From the IMG/VR virus record IMGVR_UViG_3300044620_001883, positions 136,256 through 200,255 of that record: DNA of 64,000 bases; one strand, 5' to 3'. Each line of letters starts with the position of its first letter. The first letter of the stretch is position 1. The translations under genes were made by a program, and so were the position numbers. Shown here piece after piece: positions 8,630 through 17,306 of the stretch. The notes under the pieces were generated by a model. That model did no database searches. It worked only from the letters and a program-made list of their open reading frames with translations, and had not been told where the DNA came from. This DNA is from a virus. Its lineage: Duplodnaviria; Caudoviricetes.

Positions 8630-9481
8630 ATGTTCCAATCCGGAGTCGAAACCATCCCCAATAGCGCCACTGAACTGGAGGTGATCTTCCCGGTCGCGTT
8701 CGCGGTGGACCCGGACACAATTATCGCCGTGGTGCGCAACACTTCGGCGGACTCCCCCAAGTACATCATCCAGGCCAGCATCACTGAGCAAAGCGCCACA
8801 GCCTTCACGGTCAGTCTCGACGCCGCAACCAGCTCCGGGAACTACGAGCTGGTCTGGTTGGCTGGCAGCGCGGCCTCGATTCTCGACACCATGAGTGTGC
8901 TGGCAGGGCGCAAGCTCACCAGCTATGGGGAACTTGCGAGTCTCACCAACGCCGAGTTCAAGATGCCGCTCTTGGATGTGTCGGGCATCCCTGCTCTCAA
9001 ACTGGTGGACGCCGCCACGTTCTGGAGCGCCGTGGCGCAGCGAGCCTCCGCGGTCCCAGCCAGCCCTCTGGCCAACATCACCACCGCGATGGCCATGACG
9101 GTCCATGAAGGTTGGTTGTACATTTCAGCACAAGACCGCTGGGTCAGGCTGCCCGTGGATGACTCTCTAAATTGGACGACCCAACCTTTTTATGTTCCCT
9201 TCCGGGAGCGGGAGATTTCCTTCGTGGAGGCAACTCCAGGTGCGGATGAGATCCTGGTCGTCGCTGACCAGTTGGTGTACACGATTGAATTCGACACACC
9301 CTTTGAAGCCGGCAACGCCCCCAAGGTGTTGCTGCAGTTGATTGATCTGAATGGTGTGGCAGTCTCGCAGTACACCGCGCAGGTTACCCGGCGTGACCTT
9401 GAGGGTTTTGATGTCACGTTCTCGGCCCCGATCCAGAACTACACGCTCCAGCTGTACTACATGGCCCGCCAACTTCCTTGA
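8630..9481 (+). CDS. Fibre-associated protein with two H-type-lectin/gp53-like beta domains
   Basis: VIFPVAFAVDPDTIIAVV...SATAFTV and YTIEFDTPFEAGNAPKVLLQL...DLEGFDVTF are internally similar; directly precedes a fibre gene. Confidence 0.5.
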   Translation: MFQSGVETIPNSATELEVIFPVAFAVDPDTIIAVVRNTSADSPKYIIQASITEQSATAFTVSLDAATSSGNYELVWLAGSAASILDTMSVLAGRKLTSYGELASLTNAEFKMPLLDVSGIPALKLVDAATFWSAVAQRASAVPASPLANITTAMAMTVHEGWLYISAQDRWVRLPVDDSLNWTTQPFYVPFREREISFVEATPGADEILVVADQLVYTIEFDTPFEAGNAPKVLLQLIDLNGVAVSQYTAQVTRRDLEGFDVTFSAPIQNYTLQLYYMARQLP

Positions 9482-9486
9482 TTCAC

Positions 9487-11835
9487 ATGAAACACATCCT
9501 CACAGCCCTCCTACTCCTGACCGCCACCTTGGCGGCCCAGACCTCCACGCTCGTGATCAGCAATGGCAAGTTGGCTACAGATCTTGATGCCAACACGAAG
9601 TCGATCCTGAATGCAGGTAAGATTGGACTTGGTGGTACTGGCACCCTGGATTCAGCCCTGCATTTCCTACCTGGTGGTGCACCAACGACCAACGCCTATG
9701 GGATCAAGTGGGGCGACACTGGCGCCGTCTTGTACCAGAGTGCTACCGGCACTGTGACGCTCACGGGCAACCTGGTGGTCAGCGGCACCATCCAAGCCTC
9801 AACTGGGATTGTGGACCTCGCGGGCACCAACAGTTTCACTGGGGCCAACAGTTTTGCAGCAGCCACGACGGTTGCGGACCTGATCCTCTCGGGAACCTTC
9901 TCGGTCGCGAATGACACAGTCCGGGACAACGTCAGAGCTGCAGCAGAACTTGTCCCCGGCACAGATGTCCAAGAGTACAGCGCAAAGCTTGCGGACATCC
10001 ACAACCTGACCCCGGCAGACAGTGCATTCCTGGTCGGTAATGGTACGACGTGGGTAGCCGAGACAACCTCGACGGCTCGCACCTCTCTAGGTCTTGGTAC
10101 CGCTGACAGCCCCACCTTCACGAACCAGACCCTCACAGGCAACCTGTCCGTCACGGGCGTCTCAACCCTGACGGGACGGGTCACCGCCAGTGGTGGGATT
10201 CAATTTGCAGCCGGGGGAACCTGGGCGGCTTCTGGATCTGGAACGATCACGAATGACCCGTTGGTACTTGGGAGCACGCTGGCTGTCACGGGCGCCACGA
10301 CCCTCACAGGGGTTGTGACGTTGGGCGCAGGGGGGCTTACCCTGACTTCCAGCGGCACCACCGCCACACTGGCAGGAAAGCTGGTTGCCACTTCCCTGGA
10401 GTTGAGCACAACTCCCCTGGCCATCGCATACGGGGGACTGGGAATTTCCAGTGCTGCCGATGGAACCTTCCCGGTTAGCAACGGTACGAACTACGTAGCC
10501 ACGACTGTGACCCCGTTTGCGCTCACGATCCTAGACGACACGACGGATGCTGCAGTACGCGCCACTCTGGGGCTTTCAACCGCTGGAGGCGACCTGACGG
10601 GCACGTACCCGAATCCAACCCTGGCGGCCAATTCCGTCGCGCTCGGGACAGACACGACAGGCAACTATGTACTTTCCTTGGCTGACTCCGGCGCTGGAGC
10701 CTTTACGATCACCAATGGAGCAACGGAGGGCGGCGCCGCGACAATCGCGCTGGCCAACAACGGTGTCACGCTGAACACGCACACGGCGGGTGACTATGTC
10801 GCCACCGTGACGGCGGGGACTGGGGTCACGATCGCAGGCGCAGGCACGGAGGGCAGGGCTGCCACGATCAGCATCGGGCAAGATGTCGCAACAAGCGCAT
10901 CCCCCACTTTCACAGGGCTCACGGTCACAACCCTGACGACTACAAACCTGGTGCTGTCTTCCGGACGCGTTATGACGACCGAGTTCGCAACGAACGCCGT
11001 CGGGGTCGCGTCTTCAATCTGGGGCGGCAGCGCCGGCAACGCGCTCGTCTATGAAGGCGCCACGGCGGATTCGGATGAGACATCCTTGACTGCTGTGGAC
11101 CCAACCGCCGACAATGAGGTGCGTCTTCCGGATGGGAGCGGCACTTTGATGCTCTCGCTGCTGACCGACAACGCGCCCAACAAGACCGGCGCGGTCTGGA
11201 CGAATACCGACGCGGTCGTCTACGAGGGCACCACCGCCGACGGCATCACGCTATCCTTGGTATCACCCGATCCTGTGACGTCGAGCAAGACCGTCACGTT
11301 GCCGAACGCCACCACAACCTTGGTGGGCCGTGACACTACCGACACGCTGACGAACAAGACCCTGACGTCCCCTATCTTGACCACGCCCCTTATGGCGGAC
11401 ACGGGTGACACGACAAAGCGGATGACGACAAACCTCTCCGGCGCCACGACGGCCAAGACCCGCACCATTGTCAGCAGCCACACAGACAACCGCAGCAATA
11501 CCATCCCGGACGTGGCTGGAACATTCGAGATAGCCCAGACCACAACCACCGTGGCACTCATCGCCGACGATCAAGTTGTGACACCGGGCGCCGTCACACG
11601 CATTGCTCTGACGAGCGACGACGCCGTGGCCGCCAATCGTACTTTCACACTGAGCACCACCGGCGCCGTCACAGGTTCCATTTACTGTCTGCTAGGTCCT
11701 CCGACTGACGCTTGCGTTCTTGAGGATACAGGCATTCAAGTGCTGTCTGCTGACTGGACACCAGGGCCTGATGACACGCTGATGCTTTGGTTTGACGGCA
11801 CCAACTTCTACGAGGTTGGACGATCCGCCAATTAA
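9487..11835 (+). CDS. Tail-fibre-like protein with an N-terminal signal-peptide-like sequence
   Basis: MKHILTALLLLTATLAAQ; T/G/A-rich fibre motifs (TARTSLGLGT, LDDTTDAAVRATLGL, YEGATAD...DPTADNEVRLPDGSGT, TTDTLTNKTLTSP). Confidence 0.75.
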   Translation: MKHILTALLLLTATLAAQTSTLVISNGKLATDLDANTKSILNAGKIGLGGTGTLDSALHFLPGGAPTTNAYGIKWGDTGAVLYQSATGTVTLTGNLVVSGTIQASTGIVDLAGTNSFTGANSFAAATTVADLILSGTFSVANDTVRDNVRAAAELVPGTDVQEYSAKLADIHNLTPADSAFLVGNGTTWVAETTSTARTSLGLGTADSPTFTNQTLTGNLSVTGVSTLTGRVTASGGIQFAAGGTWAASGSGTITNDPLVLGSTLAVTGATTLTGVVTLGAGGLTLTSSGTTATLAGKLVATSLELSTTPLAIAYGGLGISSAADGTFPVSNGTNYVATTVTPFALTILDDTTDAAVRATLGLSTAGGDLTGTYPNPTLAANSVALGTDTTGNYVLSLADSGAGAFTITNGATEGGAATIALANNGVTLNTHTAGDYVATVTAGTGVTIAGAGTEGRAATISIGQDVATSASPTFTGLTVTTLTTTNLVLSSGRVMTTEFATNAVGVASSIWGGSAGNALVYEGATADSDETSLTAVDPTADNEVRLPDGSGTLMLSLLTDNAPNKTGAVWTNTDAVVYEGTTADGITLSLVSPDPVTSSKTVTLPNATTTLVGRDTTDTLTNKTLTSPILTTPLMADTGDTTKRMTTNLSGATTAKTRTIVSSHTDNRSNTIPDVAGTFEIAQTTTTVALIADDQVVTPGAVTRIALTSDDAVAANRTFTLSTTGAVTGSIYCLLGPPTDACVLEDTGIQVLSADWTPGPDDTLMLWFDGTNFYEVGRSAN

Positions 11836-11936
11836 GCGCAACTGCGTGGGTATACGCGTTATAGATATTTGGAAGACCGTCCGTTTTGGTGGGTGTCTTC
11901 CATCGCCACTGTCATGCAGGCAGGTGTGCTCAATTT

Positions 11937-12887
11937 ATGACGGAACAAACAACGAGGTATAGACTGCTGACCTCCGTCAGAACAGCGGTCAGAGAGTACG
12001 TGGACACCAACCCGCAGTACGCGGCAGGTGGAACCTTCCACGTGATCGGCGTCCTGTCTGTGAAGCAGGACGCTTCAGGAAACTGGAACGTGGTTAATGA
12101 CAACCACGTCTCGGTTGTGGCACAAGATGGGTTTCCAGACCCAGAGGCTAGGAAGATACCTGGCCTACCACAGCACGCTGTCGTGGTGGAGTATTTGCTC
12201 CGCACGACAGGTAACCCGGTGACCGACCTGGTCGAACTGGTCTGGGAACCTGATAGCGACGCGTTGGTCAGTGCGCTACAGCGTCTGGCCATGCGGCAGG
12301 ATGGCCTGCAGCGGATGCAGCTCTTCGAAACCGAAGAGCAGGACATCAACCGCCGGTCCTTGGGTCAGGCGCGGCGGCAGCGTGAGGAGGCGCAGCGCGC
12401 GGCGGACAGGGCCGCTTGGGCGCAGGCAATGCTGGAGGCCGAGGCCCAGCGCAACAAGGCCAAGGCAGAAGCCAAGGCCTTGAAGCGCACCAAGGCCTTG
12501 GCTAAAGCTAAGGCCAAGAAGGAGGCCAAGAAGGAGGCCAAGAAGGCCAAGAAGGTCAGGAAGCAGACTGCGGTTCGTCCACCCGTGACGGATGTGTCAG
12601 TGGCCCAGGCTAAACGCGCACGCCAGCACTACGAAGCCGAGCATGGACTCGGTAGCTTCGAGCGCATCCACATCGAGGAGCAGCTCAGGTTGGAACGCGC
12701 GGCGTGGTGCCTGCCTGAGGTTCCCCTGGCACCTAGCAACTGCAAGGTGATGCGGAACTGTTGCGGTAGCATCCCCCATGGGATGTCGCGTTACCAGGTG
12801 CCCAAGTACAACCTCGAGTTCTACGAGGGGCGGTCATACCGCGAGACCCCCAGCTACTGCTGGAGGCAGGGCCGCACCGCCCGCTAG
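11937..12887 (+). CDS. Hypothetical protein with a Lys/Ala/Glu-rich coiled coil
   Basis: Start placed at ATG 11937; AKKEAKKEAKKAKK repeat at about 12510-12555. Confidence 0.7.
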   Translation: MTEQTTRYRLLTSVRTAVREYVDTNPQYAAGGTFHVIGVLSVKQDASGNWNVVNDNHVSVVAQDGFPDPEARKIPGLPQHAVVVEYLLRTTGNPVTDLVELVWEPDSDALVSALQRLAMRQDGLQRMQLFETEEQDINRRSLGQARRQREEAQRAADRAAWAQAMLEAEAQRNKAKAEAKALKRTKALAKAKAKKEAKKEAKKAKKVRKQTAVRPPVTDVSVAQAKRARQHYEAEHGLGSFERIHIEEQLRLERAAWCLPEVPLAPSNCKVMRNCCGSIPHGMSRYQVPKYNLEFYEGRSYRETPSYCWRQGRTAR

Positions 12888-12992
12888 GCAGAAACACCCG
12901 CGACGAAGTGCTTGGCACTCCGTGGGACTATTTCGGGAGAATCCCTCCCACCGACGCTCTCCCGGTACATCAGGAGGGCAACCCATAAACAC

Positions 12993-13307
12993 ATGTATAT
13001 GCACAAAACATTGGTCAGCGTAGGGACCCTTACGGCGTCCCTACTGACACTGGGCTTCCTGATCGGCGCGGTCAGGTTGCTCCTCATCTGGTGGGCCGTT
13101 GCCGCCAGCATTGGCCACCGTGCCGCCGCAATCCTGTTGGTCCCTGTGGGACTGATGGTTCTCGTTGGCGGCGCGATCGCGCAAATCGCGAAGCTCTGTT
13201 GGGAAGAGCTTCGCGACATCAACTGCGGCCAGGAGGCCGCGGAGCAGCGGGAGCTGCAAAACAGCAGGGATGACATTGAGTTGGCCCAAGGGAAGGAGGA
13301 GCTATGA
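12993..13307 (+). CDS. Small membrane protein (two hydrophobic helices)
   Basis: LTLGFLIGAVRLLLIWWAV and AILLVPVGLMVLVGGAIA. Confidence 0.65.
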   Translation: MYMHKTLVSVGTLTASLLTLGFLIGAVRLLLIWWAVAASIGHRAAAILLVPVGLMVLVGGAIAQIAKLCWEELRDINCGQEAAEQRELQNSRDDIELAQGKEEL

Positions 13308-13870
13308 AGTTCCCCTTTTCGGATACTCCGACGTTCCGGAGTTGGGCGGGCACCCTCATCGACGGGAACTGCCTTGAGGTGACGGAGGTCTTGTCGATTT
13401 GGTCGTTTCGCGAGATCACAGATCAGCGAGAGATCCCCGGTATCGACACGACCGGGCAGGTGACCCATGCGGTCTATTACCAAGCTCCTGGGACTTCCAG
13501 GATACTGATCGCAGTGTTTGCGATGTTGGAGGACCGTGGTGAGTACCGCTACATCATGGGTGCTGGCGTAAACCCATCAACTGGGGAATGGCGCGGGAAC
13601 CACGATCTCAGCGCTGGTGAGATCGCTAGCCTGATCCGGCAGGGGCATCTATATGCCTGTGAAAAGGTCACCGCGGAGGCGGCGGCCGAGCGGCGTCAAC
13701 CCACTGCCCAAGAGCCCAACATCCAGATCCAGTTCCAGGGCTACACCTTGGATCTGTTCATGACGGATAACGGTTCCTTGGGGCTGACGATCGAGAGGTC
13801 GCCAGCCCATGAAGATAATCCCAGCGTGGATGTTTTCATCACGCAGGACCTCAAGGTCACGCATGTGTAA
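13304..13870 (+). CDS. Hypothetical protein
   Basis: 188 aa; preceded by a strong AAGGAGG SD, which is exceptional in this window. Confidence 0.75.
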   Translation: MKFPFSDTPTFRSWAGTLIDGNCLEVTEVLSIWSFREITDQREIPGIDTTGQVTHAVYYQAPGTSRILIAVFAMLEDRGEYRYIMGAGVNPSTGEWRGNHDLSAGEIASLIRQGHLYACEKVTAEAAAERRQPTAQEPNIQIQFQGYTLDLFMTDNGSLGLTIERSPAHEDNPSVDVFITQDLKVTHV

Positions 13871-13875
13871 GGTAA

Positions 13876-13913
13876 CCACCCGTCGTCCTTCGGGGCGGCG
13901 GGTGGCTTTTCGT
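13876..13913 (+). terminator. Rho-independent terminator
   Basis: CCACCCGTCGTCC-TTCG-GGGCGGCGGGTGG stem with C(UUCG)G loop, followed by CTTTTCGTT, just after stop 13870. Confidence 0.85.
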
Positions 13914-13967
13914 TAGCTATGACGTCGCTTGACCTGTACAGGCTTTCGTGGTCAAATGTGTGTTGTC

Positions 13968-14363
13968 ATGAAGTACATCACCACACTTATCGTCCTCATT
14001 GTCTCCGCGTTGTTCCTCAACAACTGCACTACCACCCAAAGGGATGCGTCCAAAAAGTACGCCTCCCAAATCAGCCGGGAAGTGGCCAGGTCGGCCGGTA
14101 TCGCCGCCGCCGCGGTCGCAACCAACCTGATTCAACTCAAGCTCAATGAGGCAACAGCCAAGCTGAGCGAGCAACGTGCAACTCTTGGCCCCAAGAATCC
14201 CGGTAGTGTCGTCACATTGACCAAGCTTGGCTTCCAGGAGATTGCGGTCGTGGAGGCCGAGAGGCTCCTGCGGCGCGCCGAGGTTGAGCTGGCAAAGCTC
14301 AAAGATGTTGATGCCCTGCCTGCACCTGCTGAAGCTCTTGCTCCAGTCGTGGTTACACCCTGA
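13968..14363 (+). CDS. Lipoprotein with coiled coil (possible spanin-like lysis accessory)
   Basis: MKYITTLIVLIVSALFLNNC lipobox-like Cys20; helical C-terminus; adjacent to a holin-like gene. Confidence 0.6.
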   Translation: MKYITTLIVLIVSALFLNNCTTTQRDASKKYASQISREVARSAGIAAAAVATNLIQLKLNEATAKLSEQRATLGPKNPGSVVTLTKLGFQEIAVVEAERLLRRAEVELAKLKDVDALPAPAEALAPVVVTP

Positions 14364-14394
14364 GTCATTTTAACCCCACCACCCCGCGCACACC

Positions 14395-14820
14395 ATGCCT
14401 CCAGATCTCAAAGCCTTCCTGATCAACCTCTTCTCCAAAAACACCGGCTCGATTGCTCGTGCTGTGGCTGGCATCGTAGCCGCCGGCATTGCTGCTTTGG
14501 CTGTCAAGCTGTTCGGTTACACGCTGTCCGGTGAGGAATACCTCAAGCTCACCGGCATGGTCGCGGGTGGTGCCATGTGGTTCCTGGGCGAAGTCGTCAA
14601 GTACATCGAGAACAAGAACATCACAGCGCTGCAGGCAGCCGTGCAAACTATCGCGCCGGAAGTTCTTACCGACGGTCACATTGGTCCCGTCACTGTGGCG
14701 GCCGTGGAGCGCGCAGCTGAAACGCTCAGCGCCTTCAAGGCAGCAGGTGCCGGGGGCACGGTTGATGAACGAGCCACCGCCGCTACCGTGGTGGTAGCAA
14801 TGAAACCACCTGCGTTGTGA
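14395..14820 (+). CDS. Holin-like two-TM membrane protein with a peptidoglycan-binding-type motif
   Basis: SIARAVAGIVAAGIAALAVKLFG and LTGMVAGGAMWFLG TM segments; LTDGHIGPVTVAAV. Confidence 0.5.
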   Translation: MPPDLKAFLINLFSKNTGSIARAVAGIVAAGIAALAVKLFGYTLSGEEYLKLTGMVAGGAMWFLGEVVKYIENKNITALQAAVQTIAPEVLTDGHIGPVTVAAVERAAETLSAFKAAGAGGTVDERATAATVVVAMKPPAL

Positions 14821-15377
14821 CGTCCAACGACCTCGATTTCCGCACCGCACAGTCGCGTGCGAGGCAGATCCTCATGATGGATACTGACGCACGCTTCGCT
14901 GTGCTGCGGGGGCTGCGTCTCGATAACCCGAAGCTCGCAGACGTTGTCGAGGAAGAGATCCGCAAGCTGCAGCTGGTGGTGCGGGGTGGTAGGGATACGC
15001 CAGTCAATACTCACGTCACGTTGTGGAAAAAGCACTGGCGGGATATCAAGCTGCATGCGTTCGCGCTGCGCTTCTACCAACACCAGACTTGGGAGGTGAA
15101 GGCGGGAGACATCTACTGTATTACCCGCCACGGTCCTGCGCTCTACCAGGTGGCAGGCTTCACGGACTCGGTGATGATGCGCACACTCTACACCGACCAA
15201 GGCCCGGTGAACCCAGAGGACCCACCGAAGGACTGGGAATGGGAAGCCGAAGAATTCACCCGCGGTGGTTTTGCCGCGAGTCGAATCCACATTCCACACT
15301 GGATCTGGGACATGGTCGCGAAGGAGCACGCCATTGAGGTAGATTGGTCGCTTCTCAATCCTGAGAACAACAATTGA
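14817..15377 (+). CDS. Hypothetical protein
   Basis: 186 aa, GTGA-coupled to the upstream gene. Confidence 0.7.
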   Translation: MTSNDLDFRTAQSRARQILMMDTDARFAVLRGLRLDNPKLADVVEEEIRKLQLVVRGGRDTPVNTHVTLWKKHWRDIKLHAFALRFYQHQTWEVKAGDIYCITRHGPALYQVAGFTDSVMMRTLYTDQGPVNPEDPPKDWEWEAEEFTRGGFAASRIHIPHWIWDMVAKEHAIEVDWSLLNPENNN

Positions 15378-15389
15378 TCGATTTTCTCA

Positions 15390-15417
15390 TTGACGATGCA
15401 CGAGGGCTGCCCAGGAT
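15390..15417 (+). promoter_or_regulatory. Putative promoter TTGACG-N16-CAGGAT; leaderless to ATG 15424
   Basis: Near-consensus -35; the -10 element ends 6 nt before the ATG. Confidence 0.5.
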
Positions 15418-15423
15418 GCACGC

Positions 15424-15795
15424 ATGCCCGAAACCGAAGAATCGTCCAGCTGGCCCGCCGCCGACGGCGCCACCTTCCTGCAAGCGCTCCAGAAAGCGCC
15501 ATCCGCTGAAGTAAAGCGCGCCCGTGACGGAGCGGCCTGGTTCACACTCCACACGATCTACATCCCGCATACGCGCCTGTATTACGGGCTGACCGCAGTG
15601 TTGCGTCGCAAGCACCTGCGCTGGTACTGTCACGCGGGCCGGGTGAACCCGCGTCGTGCCAAGTATGCGATGCGTACAGCCACGCGGTACTGGAAGGCAC
15701 TACGCCGTCGGCAAGTCTCCCACCCGCAGGAGACGAAACGCTTCCTTGATCTCATTCTACCCCCACGCTCCCATGCCCAAACCCCTCGAATCTGA
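15424..15795 (+). CDS. Basic hypothetical protein
   Basis: 123 aa, first gene after the promoter. Confidence 0.65.
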   Translation: MPETEESSSWPAADGATFLQALQKAPSAEVKRARDGAAWFTLHTIYIPHTRLYYGLTAVLRRKHLRWYCHAGRVNPRRAKYAMRTATRYWKALRRRQVSHPQETKRFLDLILPPRSHAQTPRI

Positions 15796-16192
15796 CCACC
15801 AACGCTACCAAGTTCAGTGCTGCATCGCAGACGCTTCGGTCCACTGGGATCCTCGCTGTCAGTTTGGTGCCACAGGGCGTGCGGAGATCCGGCACGTCTT
15901 TGCCCAACCTCTGGTGTGGTTTCGCCCCGACGATGCAGGGGTCAAGCATCCAACCTGCTTCGCGATGCCGTTGGATGCGCTGCACTTCAGCCCGGCTGAT
16001 GTGGCAGCCATGCCGGTGTTCTACCAGCGGTTACTTGACCCACAACACCGGGACTGGTCGGTCTCGAAGCTGGTGGGAAAGAAACCAGACCTGATTGGAT
16101 CTGTGGGTCCAGCACCGGTACCCCAAGGCAAGAAAGGTGTTGCTCGCTATGCTGGCACCTACGTGGCACCCACCGAACCTTTCCCAGTATGA
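15773..16192 (+). CDS. Hypothetical protein
   Basis: Start at cccATG 15773; stop overlaps the next ATG. Confidence 0.6.
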   Translation: MPKPLESDHQRYQVQCCIADASVHWDPRCQFGATGRAEIRHVFAQPLVWFRPDDAGVKHPTCFAMPLDALHFSPADVAAMPVFYQRLLDPQHRDWSVSKLVGKKPDLIGSVGPAPVPQGKKGVARYAGTYVAPTEPFPV

Positions 16193-16656
16193 CACGCGCA
16201 CAATTCACCGCACAGGACTGGTCAAAATCGGAACATCCGCTTGTGCAGGAACTCTACAACCTGGGCTGGGCGTTAGCCATCAAGGTTGAGCGTGGTGACC
16301 TGCTGGCATACGCATGGCGGAACACACCGCACCGCAAAGACATCACGCCAGAATTTGTGGGCGCCATCGACAGCCCTGGTGCGGCGCTTGACAGAATCCT
16401 CATAGCGGTACTCGAATCTGCCAAGTCTGCCGACCGGTCCGACAATCTACGTCGCAGCATGAGCTACACCGAGGTACCACTGCACTCCTGCTGTGCATGC
16501 CGTCACATGGTGACTGCGCCTTGTCCACCAGATGAGAAGGGAATGGAAGAGTATTCCTGCCACCACCCCGCTGCTGGCAAACCCTTCCCGGTGTTGCCCG
16601 TCGGCCGTTGCCCTCATCACGAAACGAAATCTTCAACCTCTGACCATCATGAATGA
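16189..16656 (+). CDS. Hypothetical protein with a Cys-rich C-terminus
   Basis: SCCACRH...YSCHH...GRCPHH. Confidence 0.65.
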   Translation: MTRAQFTAQDWSKSEHPLVQELYNLGWALAIKVERGDLLAYAWRNTPHRKDITPEFVGAIDSPGAALDRILIAVLESAKSADRSDNLRRSMSYTEVPLHSCCACRHMVTAPCPPDEKGMEEYSCHHPAAGKPFPVLPVGRCPHHETKSSTSDHHE

Positions 16657-16876
16657 TCCTGAAGCAAGACTCTTCACGTTGTTACTCCAGAAGATGGAGT
16701 ACACGGCTCTGACGTCGCCGCGTTGTGACACCTGTCAGCACTGTACTGTCGAGGATGACCAAGGCGGACTAGATCACTACTACTGTGATCTGAATCCCGC
16801 TGCGACCCTGTCAGTAGAACGCCACGGGCGCTGCAAGTACCACACAGTCCGCGTCATCAGCATTTCCAAGCCATGA
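16649..16876 (+). CDS. Small Cys-rich (metal-binding) protein
   Basis: CDTCQHC...YYCDL...GRCKYH; same Cys/His spacing as the C-terminus of the preceding gene. Confidence 0.65.
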   Translation: MNDPEARLFTLLLQKMEYTALTSPRCDTCQHCTVEDDQGGLDHYYCDLNPAATLSVERHGRCKYHTVRVISISKP

Positions 16877-17103
16877 AACGCCGCTCCCTATTCTCCCTTG
16901 TCGCCAAGGCCCTCGGCTTTACGGTCGCGGCTCCGTTGCTGCCTGCTGCTCCGCTGGATAAACTCAAGCTCTACGACATAGACATTCGTACTCTCCTATG
17001 GAGGCAAGCCATGAGGGATGAGATCGCAAAATACCGTGCGGATCCCCTCGCGATCCACGCCATTCCGTTTCCTGTAACCCACGCTGAATCAAAACAACCA
17101 TGA
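16873..17103 (+). CDS. Small protein with a twin-arginine (Tat)-like leader
   Basis: MKRRSLFSLVAKALGFTVAAPLLPA. Confidence 0.55.
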   Translation: MKRRSLFSLVAKALGFTVAAPLLPAAPLDKLKLYDIDIRTLLWRQAMRDEIAKYRADPLAIHAIPFPVTHAESKQP

Positions 17104-17306
17104 TCAACCACAGTTTCGGAGACATCGTCGAAGCAGATGTGGACTACCTTTGGCGTGGTGATCGTGTCGTATGGCGGAAGGGTCAGCAGGGCAGGATCGT
17201 CATGGTCTTCTTGCTAACCTTCAAGGTCATTCCCGCAGGCAAGCACCGCAGCATCGAAGTCGAGAAGAGTCACCCCCATCACCTAGTCAGAAAAGCCGAA
17301 TCATGA
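17100..17306 (+). CDS. Small hypothetical beta-rich protein
   Basis: 68 aa, ATGA-coupled on both sides. Confidence 0.6.
   Translation: MINHSFGDIVEADVDYLWRGDRVVWRKGQQGRIVMVFLLTFKVIPAGKHRSIEVEKSHPHHLVRKAES

Noticed and set aside
9487-9540. Bacteroidota host, inferred from Gln after the signal peptide and lack of SD
   Set aside because: High GC and C-rich rather than A-rich start contexts do not fit well; the host cannot be assigned from this window.
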